Source of the DNA: Bacteroidales bacterium
GTDB lineage: Bacteria; Bacteroidota; Bacteroidia; Bacteroidales; UBA4417
DNA length: 64,000 nt
Assembly (NCBI GenBank): GCA_038237165.1
Contig: JBBRYZ010000001.1
Location: 30,199 to 94,198 of the forward strand
Direction: 5' to 3'
Positions within the stretch are counted from its first letter, which is position 1. Each line of letters begins with the position of its first letter. The notes under the pieces are model-generated. The model was not told the origin of the DNA and searched no databases. It saw only the letters and a list, made by a program, of their open reading frames with translations. Made by a program: the position numbers and the translations under genes. Positions 10,873 to 21,181 of the stretch are shown here, one piece after another.

Positions 10873-13257
10873 ATGAATAATATAGTATTGTCATCAGAAG
10901 AATTGAGGAAAACAAATGCATATTGGCGCGCTGCCAATTATCTGTCAGTCGGGCAGTTATACCTCTGTGAAAATCCTTTGCTTAAAGTAACCCTGAAACT
11001 TTCGCATGTAAAATCGATGTTACTCGGTCATTGGGGAACCACACCGGGACAGAACTTTATATATGTGCATCTGAATCGGGTGATTAAGAAGTATGATCTG
11101 AATATGTTTTACGTTGCCGGCCCAGGTCATGGTGGACCTGCAATTGTTGGTAATGTTTACCTCGAAGGAACCTGGAGCGAGGTTTATCCGGACATTACAC
11201 AGGATGAAGCCGGATTGAAAAAGTTGTTCAAGCAATTTTCGTTTCCGGGCGGTATTTCCAGTCATGTTGCGCCCACAACTCCGGGCTCTATCCATGAGGG
11301 CGGCGAGTTAGGATATTCGCTCAGCCATGCCTTTGGAGCAGCGTTCGATAATCCTGATTTGGTTGTTGCTTGCGTTGTTGGCGATGGCGAAGCCGAAACC
11401 GGCCCACTGGCAACTGCATGGCATTCCAACAAATTTCTTAGTCCGATTACTGACGGTGCCGTATTGCCAATTCTGCACCTGAATGGTTACAAAATAGCTA
11501 ACCCAACAATACTGGCACGTATCGAACCTGAAGAACTGGATCAATTTTTACGGGGATGTGGCTGGACACCGTATTATGTGGAAGGTGATGATCCCGAAAA
11601 AATGCATCAACTTATGGCTTCCGTAATGGAAAAAACCATCGAGGAAATCAAACGCATACAGAAGAAAGCGAGAAACAACAATGATACCACCCGCCCACGC
11701 TGGCCCATGATCGTATTGAAATCGCCCAAAGGATGGACAGGACCTAAAGTAATTGATGGATTACAAATTGAAGGTACTTTTCGTTCCCATCAGATTCCAC
11801 TGTCAGTAGATGCTGAACATCCCGAACATCTGAAACTTCTTGAAAACTGGATGAAAAGCTATAAGGCTGAAGAACTTTTTGATAATAACGGACGCCTAGT
11901 ACCCGAACTGGCTGAACTGGCACCAAAAGGAGAGCGAAGAATGGGTGCTAATCCAAATACCAACGGCGGGTTAATGTTGCATGATTTGATTATGCCGGAT
12001 TTTCGAAAATATTCAGTTGACGTACCCTCGCCAGGATCCGTTGAGGCCTCCGATACACATATGCTTGGGGAGTTCCTGAGGGATGTGGATAACCTCAATA
12101 AGGAACAGAGAAATTTCCGGATCTTTGGTCCTGATGAAACGCTGTCTAACCGGTTGAATTGTGTTTTTGAAACTACCAACCGGCAATGGGAAGCCCGTAC
12201 TCAAGAGTACGATGAGTTTCTTGCCACCGATGGCAGGGTAATGGAAATGTTGAGCGAACACCAATGCGAAGGCTGGCTCGAAGGATATCTGCTCACCGGA
12301 AGACACGGCTTGTTTAATTGCTACGAGGCTTTTATTCACATCGTCGATTCAATGTTCAACCAACATGCCAAATGGTTAAAAGTGACTGGCGAGTTGCCCT
12401 GGCGAAAAAAAATAGCATCGCTCAATTACCTGCTCGCTTCTCACGTTTGGCAGCAGGCACATAACGGATTCACCCATCAGGATCCTGGTTTCATTGGTCA
12501 TGTGGTAAACAAAAAGGCTTCTATTGTTCGCGTTTACCTGCCACCCGATGCCAATTGTTTGTTATCGGTTTGGGATCATTGCTTGAGGAGCCGTCATTAC
12601 GTCAACGTAGTGATTGCAGGCAAATATCAGGCTCCTCAATGGCTCACCATGGATGAAGCGATTGAACATTGTAAGCAGGGAATCGGCATATGGGAATGGG
12701 CTGGAACCGATAAAGGGATAGAACCGGATGTAGTAATGGCATGCTGTGGCGATGTGCCAACGCTCGAAACTCTGGCAGCTGTTTCCATTCTTCGTGAGCA
12801 TCTTCCAGATTTAAAAATCCGTGTGGTTAATGTGGTGGATTTGATGAAACTGGAACCCGATACGGAACACCCGCATGGGTTGAGCGAAAAAGATTTCGAT
12901 GCGTTATTCACGAAAGATAAACCAATTGTATTTGCTTTCCATGGCTACCCGTGGCTGATTCATCGCCTGACATACAGACGTACCAACCACGTAAACATGC
13001 ATGTAAGGGGTTATAAAGAAGAAGGTACCATTACAACTTACTTCGACATGACGGTTTTAAATGATCTGGATAGGTTTCACCTGGTGCAGGATGTAGTTGA
13101 TCGTTTGCCGCACTTGGGCGCAAGCGGTGCCAAACTGAAAAAGCTGGTTCAACAGAAACTCATCGAACACAAAAAGTATATAGACAAAAACGGTGAAGAT
13201 ATGCCGGAAATCCTGAATTGGAAATGGAGTAACCCAGAAATGAAAGTACATGTTTAA
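10873..13257 (+). CDS. xfp: Xylulose-5-P/fructose-6-P phosphoketolase
   Basis: 794-aa ORF. N-terminal [25 protein letters not shown], the [12 protein letters not shown] signature and [11 protein letters not shown] (TPP binding) are all phosphoketolase hallmarks. Confidence 0.95.
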   Translation: MNNIVLSSEELRKTNAYWRAANYLSVGQLYLCENPLLKVTLKLSHVKSMLLGHWGTTPGQNFIYVHLNRVIKKYDLNMFYVAGPGHGGPAIVGNVYLEGTWSEVYPDITQDEAGLKKLFKQFSFPGGISSHVAPTTPGSIHEGGELGYSLSHAFGAAFDNPDLVVACVVGDGEAETGPLATAWHSNKFLSPITDGAVLPILHLNGYKIANPTILARIEPEELDQFLRGCGWTPYYVEGDDPEKMHQLMASVMEKTIEEIKRIQKKARNNNDTTRPRWPMIVLKSPKGWTGPKVIDGLQIEGTFRSHQIPLSVDAEHPEHLKLLENWMKSYKAEELFDNNGRLVPELAELAPKGERRMGANPNTNGGLMLHDLIMPDFRKYSVDVPSPGSVEASDTHMLGEFLRDVDNLNKEQRNFRIFGPDETLSNRLNCVFETTNRQWEARTQEYDEFLATDGRVMEMLSEHQCEGWLEGYLLTGRHGLFNCYEAFIHIVDSMFNQHAKWLKVTGELPWRKKIASLNYLLASHVWQQAHNGFTHQDPGFIGHVVNKKASIVRVYLPPDANCLLSVWDHCLRSRHYVNVVIAGKYQAPQWLTMDEAIEHCKQGIGIWEWAGTDKGIEPDVVMACCGDVPTLETLAAVSILREHLPDLKIRVVNVVDLMKLEPDTEHPHGLSEKDFDALFTKDKPIVFAFHGYPWLIHRLTYRRTNHVNMHVRGYKEEGTITTYFDMTVLNDLDRFHLVQDVVDRLPHLGASGAKLKKLVQQKLIEHKKYIDKNGEDMPEILNWKWSNPEMKVHV

Positions 13258-13296
13258 TTCCGTCGTATCTTATTTAAAACAATTAAAATCAGTATA

Positions 13297-13725
13297 ATGA
13301 AAATTAATCTTAGAATTTTGATAAAGATTATAGCAATAATCATAGTTGGATTTTGGTTTGCCGGCTGTAAGGATAATTCAAAAATAGTGCCTGAGGCAGA
13401 ATATGCGACAAAAATCATCGGGCGCTGGCAAGGTACAATAGATTCTTCGAAAGAAACCATGTCTTTAAACCCTGATAGTACTTTCGTTTGTAAAATACAT
13501 CCTATGGGGTTTCTGGCCAATACTCTTTCTCAAAACCGACCAGGCTCGGTGAGTGGAAAATGGAAAATTGCAGATGCAATTATTTCCATGACAATCACTG
13601 ATTCGCAAAACGAACATTTGGGGAACAGCAATGCTTCAAGTACGATTATATCGTTCAGGGAAAACGAACTTACACTAAAATCCGAGCGTAATGAAATCTC
13701 TAAATTCAGACGATTGGCTAATTAG
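13297..13725 (+). CDS. Hypothetical lipoprotein
   Basis: 142-aa ORF with a signal peptide and FAGC lipobox. No family recognised. Confidence 0.5.
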   Translation: MKINLRILIKIIAIIIVGFWFAGCKDNSKIVPEAEYATKIIGRWQGTIDSSKETMSLNPDSTFVCKIHPMGFLANTLSQNRPGSVSGKWKIADAIISMTITDSQNEHLGNSNASSTIISFRENELTLKSERNEISKFRRLAN

Positions 13726-13864
13726 TACTTTGTAATCAGGAGTGATTAAACATAGCATTTCTTAAGTTTAAAAAAATAAAAAATGATTCAAATAAAAGTT
13801 GTAACAAATAAGAACACTGAAAAAGCAAAATCAACTCTGAATTTTAAAAGTAAAGACCCGCCTC

Positions 13865-14086
13865 ATGAATAAGAATAAACAAAGTAGCCGTAATCCTGAT
13901 CTTCAGGATCAGCCGGTTCAGCCGGAGCATTTACCCATGTGGAAACGGGTGCATCATAACTGGTTCTTCTGGATTTTTTTGATTTTAATGCTGGGTTGCA
14001 TCCTATTTTACATCATGAGTATTGATTTTGCAACTTCACCTCACAAACCATTAAAACAACCAACGGAAAACAGCAGAACGCCTTAA
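13865..14086 (+). CDS. Small single-TM membrane protein (paralog of 4654..4878)
   Basis: 73-aa ORF collinear with and ~60% identical to the 74-aa ORF at 4654. Both have the same KRVHH.W.FWIFLILMLG core and the same NxRTP C-terminus. Confidence 0.6.
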   Translation: MNKNKQSSRNPDLQDQPVQPEHLPMWKRVHHNWFFWIFLILMLGCILFYIMSIDFATSPHKPLKQPTENSRTP

Positions 14087-14113
14087 ACAATCAAAAGTAA
14101 ATAAACATACAAA

Positions 14114-15142
14114 ATGAACACAAAACAGCTTATAAACACAGCAAAGGCAATGGTTGCAGGCGATAAAGGCCTGTTGGCTATGGATGAAAGCAATCCCACC
14201 TGCAATAAAAGGTTTGCAGCCCTGGGAATACCGCAAACCGAAGACTTCCGGCGCGCGTACAGAGAGATGATTGTAACCACTCCCGGTCTCAGCGAGTGTA
14301 TTAGTGGAGCTATTCTTTATGATGAAACAATCCGCCAGCAACTAAAGGATGGAACTCCTTTTATTAAAGCCGTCACTGATGCCGGAATCATACCTGGCAT
14401 TAAAGTAGATGCAGGAGCAAAAGAAATGAAAAGTCATCCCGGTGAGAAACTAACCAAAGGTCTGGACGGATTGCGTGAACGCCTGGATGAATATGCTCAG
14501 ATGGGGCTCCGTTTTGCCAAGTGGCGGGCTGTGATAACTATAGGCGATGGCCTTCCAAGCATGGATTGTATTGAGGCAAACGCAGATGCGCTGGCAAGCT
14601 ATGCCAAACTCTGCCAGGAAGCCGGACTAGTTCCCATCGTTGAGCCGGAAGTGCTTATGGATGGAGAACATTCTCTTTCCGAATGCCGCAATGTAACAGA
14701 GGATGTTCTGCGGATTGTTTTTAATCATCTTTACACAAAAGGGGTGGTATTAGAAGGCATGATACTGAAGCCAAACATGGTGCTCCCTGGTTTGAACTGT
14801 AAAAAGCAGGAATCTGTTGAAGAGGTAGCTGATGCAACCGTAAATTGCCTGATGCGAATAGTACCCGCAGAAGTTACAGGGATTGCATTCCTATCCGGAG
14901 GCCAATCTGCGGAATTGGCTTCAGCCCGTTTAAATGCGATGAATATGAAGTTTAAGCCTCAACTGCCCTGGGCACTTTCGTTTTCTTTTGCCCGTGCTAT
15001 ACAGCAACCGGCTTTGGAAATCTGGAATGGTCAGGAAGCAAACGTATTAAAAGCACAGGAGGCACTGCTTCATCGTGCCAAATGCAATCAGTCTGCACGT
15101 CGTGGTGAATATAAAATAGAAATGGAAAGGAAAACAATATGA
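14114..15142 (+). CDS. fba: Class I fructose-bisphosphate aldolase
   Basis: 342-aa ORF. GLLAMDES, ILYDETI, GIKVD and the LEGMILKPNMV Schiff-base lysine region are typical of class I (eukaryote-like) FBA. Confidence 0.9.
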   Translation: MNTKQLINTAKAMVAGDKGLLAMDESNPTCNKRFAALGIPQTEDFRRAYREMIVTTPGLSECISGAILYDETIRQQLKDGTPFIKAVTDAGIIPGIKVDAGAKEMKSHPGEKLTKGLDGLRERLDEYAQMGLRFAKWRAVITIGDGLPSMDCIEANADALASYAKLCQEAGLVPIVEPEVLMDGEHSLSECRNVTEDVLRIVFNHLYTKGVVLEGMILKPNMVLPGLNCKKQESVEEVADATVNCLMRIVPAEVTGIAFLSGGQSAELASARLNAMNMKFKPQLPWALSFSFARAIQQPALEIWNGQEANVLKAQEALLHRAKCNQSARRGEYKIEMERKTI

Positions 15143-16167
15143 CAAACAAGGAACTAAACCCGGATCAAATAGCTTTATACCCTTTACTCTTCGAACCAAT
15201 TTATCAATATCGGCCCTGGGGTGGCCGACACTTGTCCAAATTGCTTAAAAAGCCATTGCCTGGAGAAGGGCCAATAGGCGAAGCATGGTTATTGAGTGAT
15301 CGCGATGACTTTCAGAGCAGTGTTGCGAATGGACCTTTAAAAGGGCAAACCATAAGGCAATTGCTCACGGAATCAAAGGAACATCTCCTGGGTAAATTTG
15401 TGAGAGATTTCGATCGTTTCCCGCTTTTACTGAAATTTCTTGATGCACGTGAAATGCTTTCGGTGCAGGTACATCCATCAGAATCAAATGCTGACCTGCT
15501 ACCAGCGGGAGAAACAGCCAAATCTGAAGCCTGGGTAGTGATTGAAGCGGGGAACAATAGCCGTATCTATGCCGGCTTGAAACCAGGTACTACAAAAGAA
15601 AACATAAAAATTGCACTTTCTGACGGTACAGTGGAGCAGCACCTTGCAAGCTTCATTCCCCAAAAGGGTGATGGCATCTTCATTCCGGCCGGCACGGTTC
15701 ACGCCCTGGGTGGTGATGTGGTAGTTTTCGAAATTCAACAGAACAGCGATGTAACTTTCCGCCTGTACGACTGGAACCATATTGACGCCAGGACAGGCCA
15801 TCCTAGGGAGCTTCAGATCGATAAAGCACTTGAATGCATTGATTTTAAACAAGGTCCAATTAGTCCTGTAATTCCGCAACTCGAAGATATGATGCCTGCC
15901 AGGCGGGAAATGCTTTTTAAATGCGAGCATTTTGGTTTGTGGCGGGTTGAGGCTGAATCAATGTTTATTGCCGGGGTTACAGAAACTCCCCGCATCCTGA
16001 TGTGCTTAACAGGCAAGGGTCAAGTTGAACATGAAGGGATCAGTTATCCAATCAGGAAAGGTGATGTTATGCTTTTGCCAGCCGTTGTCGGCGCCTGTTT
16101 CTGTAAACCGGAAGGTGCCATTAGTTTACTGGAGATTTCCTTGCCTGAAAACAAAAGTATCATGTAA
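15139..16167 (+). CDS. manA: Type I phosphomannose isomerase (mannose-6-phosphate isomerase)
   Basis: PWGG, GEAWLLSD, FPLLLKFLDA...LSVQVHP and GTVHALG cupin motifs. The start overlaps the fba stop. Confidence 0.85.
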   Translation: MTNKELNPDQIALYPLLFEPIYQYRPWGGRHLSKLLKKPLPGEGPIGEAWLLSDRDDFQSSVANGPLKGQTIRQLLTESKEHLLGKFVRDFDRFPLLLKFLDAREMLSVQVHPSESNADLLPAGETAKSEAWVVIEAGNNSRIYAGLKPGTTKENIKIALSDGTVEQHLASFIPQKGDGIFIPAGTVHALGGDVVVFEIQQNSDVTFRLYDWNHIDARTGHPRELQIDKALECIDFKQGPISPVIPQLEDMMPARREMLFKCEHFGLWRVEAESMFIAGVTETPRILMCLTGKGQVEHEGISYPIRKGDVMLLPAVVGACFCKPEGAISLLEISLPENKSIM

Positions 16168-16288
16168 TAGATATGATCGGTAATCACTAACCCATACCTG
16201 TTGCAGGCTGGGGAAAAGATAGTATAGAAACTAAAGTATCTGCAACAAAATTGCAGGGCTTTAACCATTAAACAGAAAATAATAACTC

Positions 16289-17071
16289 ATGAAAAGACTC
16301 ATCGTTTTTGATCTGGATGGCACACTTGCCGAAAGTAAATCATCTCTTGACAAGGAAATGGCATCATTGCTAAATAAACTTCTCTGTGTTGTAAAAGTAG
16401 CAGTTATTTCAGGTGGCGGTTGGCAACAGTTTGAAAAGCAACTACTCTCCAATCTCTCGCAAGACAATAGCTTGGAAAACCTATCCCTGCTACCTACCTG
16501 TGGGACTAAATTTTATAGGTACACAGGCAATTGGGAAAAAATATACTCGGAAGATTTCACCGATATGGAAAAAAAGAAAATCATTGATTCTCTTAAGAAA
16601 GTAATTGAAGAGGTAGGTTTCAAGATCGAAAAGGTTTGGGGAGAAGTTATTGAGGATCGTGGAAGCCAGATAACATTTTCAGCATTGGGCCAGCAAGCAC
16701 CTCTTGATGAAAAGAAAAAATGGGATCCTGATTTTACAAAACGAAAGAAGATGAAGGAGAGCCTTGATAAGCTTATTCCTGAATTTTCGGTGCGCCTGGG
16801 AGGTACCACCTCTGTTGACATCACCAAACCTGGCATTGACAAGGCTTATGGAATCAGAAAGCTCCGCGACACCCTTGGAATTGAAATAGATGAAATGATT
16901 TTTATCGGTGATGCAATATTTCCCGGAGGAAACGACTATCCTGCGAAAGAAGCAGGCGTTTTATCAATAAAAGTGAGAGATCCGAATGAATCGAAGCGGG
17001 TGATTGAAGCAATAGTGGCCTGTTTGGATGGAGTTTACAAACCAGAAGTTATAAAGGAGGTAAAACGATGA
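16289..17071 (+). CDS. HAD-IIB hydrolase, eukaryote-type phosphomannomutase-like
   Basis: FDLDGTLA motif I, a VISGG segment, and KxxG...GD...GGNDY motifs III/IV. Overall HAD-IIB (PMM/Cof-like) architecture. Confidence 0.7.
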   Translation: MKRLIVFDLDGTLAESKSSLDKEMASLLNKLLCVVKVAVISGGGWQQFEKQLLSNLSQDNSLENLSLLPTCGTKFYRYTGNWEKIYSEDFTDMEKKKIIDSLKKVIEEVGFKIEKVWGEVIEDRGSQITFSALGQQAPLDEKKKWDPDFTKRKKMKESLDKLIPEFSVRLGGTTSVDITKPGIDKAYGIRKLRDTLGIEIDEMIFIGDAIFPGGNDYPAKEAGVLSIKVRDPNESKRVIEAIVACLDGVYKPEVIKEVKR

Positions 17072-18180
17072 GTGGAATAAAATTACAGCGCCTGGGGCAA
17101 ATTATGGAGCCCGAGCCAGGTAACCCGATGGAAGTTGAAGGCGTATTAAACCCTGCTGCCGTTCGTGGTCCGGATGGTAATCTATACCTTTTTCCAAGGG
17201 ATGTGGCAAAAGGAAATTATTCGCGCATTGGCATTGCCCGTGTTAAATTTAATGAAGCAGGCGATCCTGTTGGAGTTGAAAGGCTTGGCATTGCCCTGGA
17301 GCCAAAGGAAGAATACGAAATGCGATCCGATGGCAGCGGAGGATGCGAGGATGCGCGGGTCACATTTTTTGAACCTCTGAAACGGTACATTATGACTTAT
17401 ACAGCCTTTTCGCCCAGAGGTCCACGAATAGCTTTTGCGATTTCAAAGGATTTGTTCCACTGGAAACGACTTGGGCTTGCGACTTTTGAGCCTTATAATG
17501 GTATTGATTTCGTAAATGTTGACAATAAGGACGCCGTTCTCTTTCCGGTTGCCATACCCAATCACGATGGGAAAATGGAAATGGCTATTCTGCACCGGCC
17601 ACTTTTTCAGGGAACCCGACCTGAAGAAACGGTATTCCAATCCAAATCAAGAGATGTGGATAAAGCCCATGAAAGCATCTGGATTTCCTATTGCCCAATG
17701 CCTTCAGATAGTCCTGAACCGGATCATTTAGGTATATTTAATTCACATCATCGGCTTGCTACTCCCGTGTCACCATGGGAAAGACTTAAAATAGGCGGAG
17801 GTACCCCGCCCATTCTTACCCGGTATGGCTGGCTGATCCTATACCACGGAGTAACTAAAATTGAAGGGGCTGAAAATGATAAACGCATGTTTTGTTATGC
17901 AGCCGGGATAATGATACTCTCAAAAGATCATCCCCAACACATCCACTTCCGCACAGTTGACCCTGTATTAGTACCTACCTTGCCAAATGAACGCAGTGGG
18001 ACTATCGCAAATGTTGTATTCCCTACCGGTATCGATCAAAGGTTAGATTTGGGATTACCGAATCGGTTCGACATTTATTACGGAATGGCTGATGACCGCA
18101 TTGGCGTGGCCCGGCTTGATTTGCCTGATGTGCTGCCAAAGAAAGGTGTCGCCGCCGATGCGCCTGATGCTAAAGTGTAA
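17068..18180 (+). CDS. GH130-like glycosidase/phosphorylase (DUF377-type beta-propeller)
   Basis: 370-aa ORF. N-terminal GVLNPAAV, CEDARV, YTAFS and WLILYHG motifs resemble GH130 mannoside-phosphorylase-like proteins. Translationally coupled to the upstream HAD-IIB gene. Confidence 0.6.
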   Translation: MSGIKLQRLGQIMEPEPGNPMEVEGVLNPAAVRGPDGNLYLFPRDVAKGNYSRIGIARVKFNEAGDPVGVERLGIALEPKEEYEMRSDGSGGCEDARVTFFEPLKRYIMTYTAFSPRGPRIAFAISKDLFHWKRLGLATFEPYNGIDFVNVDNKDAVLFPVAIPNHDGKMEMAILHRPLFQGTRPEETVFQSKSRDVDKAHESIWISYCPMPSDSPEPDHLGIFNSHHRLATPVSPWERLKIGGGTPPILTRYGWLILYHGVTKIEGAENDKRMFCYAAGIMILSKDHPQHIHFRTVDPVLVPTLPNERSGTIANVVFPTGIDQRLDLGLPNRFDIYYGMADDRIGVARLDLPDVLPKKGVAADAPDAKV

Positions 18181-18221
18181 TTGATCAAATTAAATATTCA
18201 CACAAGATTAAAAATAAGAAT

Positions 18222-18587
18222 ATGATAAAAGTAATTAATGATCTTCCGGATAATGTTCTGGGATTTTCTGCAATCGGAAAAATTACTGGAGCAGATTACG
18301 AATCAATTGTGATACCTGCTTTGGACGAAAAATTGAAAACACATAATAAAATCCGGATGCTATACCAATTGGGAACCGATTTTTCCGGTTTTGATATGGG
18401 AGCAATGCTGGACGACGCAAAAATGGGAATGAAGAATTTATCGGCATGGGACCGTATCGCATTGGTTTCGGATCATGAGATGATCAATTCTTTTGCAAAA
18501 TTCTTTGGTTACCTGATAACCTGTGAACTCCGGATTTATAAGAATTCTGAGCATGAACAGGCAAAAGAATGGATTTCGGAAAAATGA
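18222..18587 (+). CDS. STAS/SpoIIAA-like (DUF3478) domain protein
   Basis: 121-aa ORF with a pattern typical of SpoIIAA-like STAS/SEC14 small proteins (AIGKITGADYE..., RIALVSD). Confidence 0.55.
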   Translation: MIKVINDLPDNVLGFSAIGKITGADYESIVIPALDEKLKTHNKIRMLYQLGTDFSGFDMGAMLDDAKMGMKNLSAWDRIALVSDHEMINSFAKFFGYLITCELRIYKNSEHEQAKEWISEK

Positions 18588-18655
18588 GCTTAATTATTAC
18601 TTTGAGATCCTTGTGATACCTGGAAGGCTAAGTACATAACAATGAGCAATAAGGA

Positions 18656-21181
18656 ATGAAAATGAAAACAAATTCAAAGGTTGCGGAACCGGAACCCAAA
18701 GATAAGCCCAACGGGAAAGATGATTTAAAATCCTTACCACTGGCCGAATTGCAGAAAAAACTGGAATCGTCATCTGAAGGTCTTACTGAGGCAGAAGCAA
18801 AGAAAAGACTTACCCATTATGGTCCAAATGAGATTGAGGAAAAGAAAACCAATATGCTCCTGAAATTCCTCTCTTATTTCTGGGGTCCTATTCCCTGGAT
18901 GATCGAAGCGGCTGTAATCCTTTCGGCAGTTGCCAAGCATTGGCCCGATTTTTTCATCATCCTTGTTCTCCTCCTGGCTAACGCTATGGTTGGCTTTTTT
19001 GAAGAACGCGAAGCTGGAAATGCCATCGAGGCCCTCAAGGCACAACTGGCAGTGAAAGCACGTGTAAAACGCGATGGAAAGTGGATTACTCCCGAATCGT
19101 GTGAGCTTGTACCCGGCGATGTTATTCGCCTGAGGCTCGGCGATATTATACCTGCTGATGCCCGTCTGCTCGACGGTGATCCGGTTGAAGTGGATCAGTC
19201 GGCACTGACAGGTGAATCATTGCCTGCCGAACGCAAGTCAGGAGAAGCTGTATTTTCAGGTTCCATTATCCGACGCGGTGAAATAGACGCTTTTGTATAT
19301 GCCACAGGCACAAACACCTACTTCGGTAAAACAGCACAACTGGTTCAGGATGCAAAAACCGTCAGTCATTTTCAAAAAGCTGTTTTGAAGATCGGAAATT
19401 ACCTTATCATTCTGGCAGTGGCCTTAGTGGCGGTAATTATTACTGTCGCGATTATACGCGGAGATGCGATCCTCACAACTTTGCAATTCGCATTGGTACT
19501 CACTGTAGCCGCAATTCCTGTAGCGATGCCAACCGTGCTGTCGGTTACGATGGCTGTAGGAGCGCGCGTGCTGGCAAAGAAAAAGGCGATTGTAAGCAAG
19601 TTGGTGGCTATTGAGGAATTAGCCGGCGTGGACGTTCTGTGCGCCGACAAAACCGGGACCCTGACCCAGAACAAGTTAACGTTGGGTGATCCGTTCTGCA
19701 TAGAAAATATTTCGGCTGATCAGGTTATTCTTGATGGCGCTTTAGCTTCCCGCGCCGAAAATAACGATACCATCGACCTGGCTGTGTTGGATGGACTTAA
19801 AGATAAGGATGCCCTAAAGAAATATAAAATTCTTCATTTCCTGCCCTTCGATCCGGTGCATAAACGTACCGAAGCCACAGTTATGGGTGAGGACGGTAAA
19901 GAGTTCAAAGTAACTAAAGGCGCACCTCAGGTTATTTTGGAATTGTCGTCCAATTCCGGAAAGGTAAAAGCCGAAGTTGATAAAGCAGTTAACGAATTCG
20001 CATCACGCGGCTTTCGTTCGCTGGGAGTGGCAAAAGATGATGGAGATGGCAAATGGCAGTTTCTTGGTGTATTGCCTTTATTTGATCCACCAAGGGAAGA
20101 TGCAAAAGCAACCATTGCAACCGCACTTGCGATGGGAGTAAAAATTAAAATGGTTACGGGTGATGCACTCGCCATCGCGAAAGAAACTGCCAAAAAGCTT
20201 GACATGGGTTCAAATATACTCGATGCCGCCAGCCTCGGAGATTCAAAGAAGACGGAAACAGATGCTGTTGCCGATTCTATCGAAAAAGCCGATGGCTTCG
20301 CACAGGTTTTCCCTGAACACAAATTCCACATTGTGGATGTCTTGCAAAAACATGGCCACATCGTTGGAATGACTGGCGACGGAGTGAACGATGCCCCTGC
20401 CCTGAAAAAAGCTGACTGCGGTATCGCCGTTTCTGACGCTACAGATGCAGCCCGTGCCGCAGCATCCATCGTGCTGATGACTTCCGGTCTTTCGGTGATT
20501 ATTGACGCCATTAAGGAAAGTCGTCGTATTTTCCAAAGAATGAACAGCTATGCTATATACCGGATTGCAGAAACTTTGCGCGTGTTATTGTTTATGACTT
20601 TATCAATTCTCGTGTTTAATTTTTATCCGGTTACCGCTGTCATGATCGTGATGTTGGCATTACTGAATGATGGCGCCATACTGTCTATTGCGTATGATAA
20701 TGTTCATTATAAAAACCAGCCTGAAGCATGGAATATGCGAATGGTGCTGGGAATCTCGACAGTGTTGGGCGTAATTGGTGTAGTGGCCGCGTTTGGCTTG
20801 TTTTTTCTCGGCGAACGTGTCTTTCATATCGACCGCGCACATATACAGACACTGATGTATTTGAAACTTTCTGTTGCCGGCCATCTTACAATATTTCTTA
20901 CCCGCACACGCGGTCCTTTCTGGTCCATCAAACCAGCCAGGATTTTATGGATAGCCGTTCTCGGAACGCAAATCGTTGCAACGTTAATAGCAGTTTATGG
21001 TTTTTTTATGACGCCATTGGGCTGGGGTTGGGCAGGCTTCGTTTGGGGATATGCTTTAATTTGGTTTCTTTTGAACGACCGTATAAAATTACTGGCTTAT
21101 GAGCTTTTTGATCCTGTTAAAAAAAATTCTAACCCCGGAAATTTACCTGAGTCCAAATCTGAAGACAAAACACAGTCTTAA
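18656..21181 (+). CDS. P3-type (plasma-membrane-type) H+-translocating P-type ATPase
   Basis: 841-aa ORF with TGES, CADKTGTLTQN (phosphorylation site), MVTGD and GDGVNDAPALKKAD. Overall P3A organisation. It ends at a TAA (21179-21181) that lies inside a repeat unit (see findings). Confidence 0.88.
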   Translation: MKMKTNSKVAEPEPKDKPNGKDDLKSLPLAELQKKLESSSEGLTEAEAKKRLTHYGPNEIEEKKTNMLLKFLSYFWGPIPWMIEAAVILSAVAKHWPDFFIILVLLLANAMVGFFEEREAGNAIEALKAQLAVKARVKRDGKWITPESCELVPGDVIRLRLGDIIPADARLLDGDPVEVDQSALTGESLPAERKSGEAVFSGSIIRRGEIDAFVYATGTNTYFGKTAQLVQDAKTVSHFQKAVLKIGNYLIILAVALVAVIITVAIIRGDAILTTLQFALVLTVAAIPVAMPTVLSVTMAVGARVLAKKKAIVSKLVAIEELAGVDVLCADKTGTLTQNKLTLGDPFCIENISADQVILDGALASRAENNDTIDLAVLDGLKDKDALKKYKILHFLPFDPVHKRTEATVMGEDGKEFKVTKGAPQVILELSSNSGKVKAEVDKAVNEFASRGFRSLGVAKDDGDGKWQFLGVLPLFDPPREDAKATIATALAMGVKIKMVTGDALAIAKETAKKLDMGSNILDAASLGDSKKTETDAVADSIEKADGFAQVFPEHKFHIVDVLQKHGHIVGMTGDGVNDAPALKKADCGIAVSDATDAARAAASIVLMTSGLSVIIDAIKESRRIFQRMNSYAIYRIAETLRVLLFMTLSILVFNFYPVTAVMIVMLALLNDGAILSIAYDNVHYKNQPEAWNMRMVLGISTVLGVIGVVAAFGLFFLGERVFHIDRAHIQTLMYLKLSVAGHLTIFLTRTRGPFWSIKPARILWIAVLGTQIVATLIAVYGFFMTPLGWGWAGFVWGYALIWFLLNDRIKLLAYELFDPVKKNSNPGNLPESKSEDKTQS

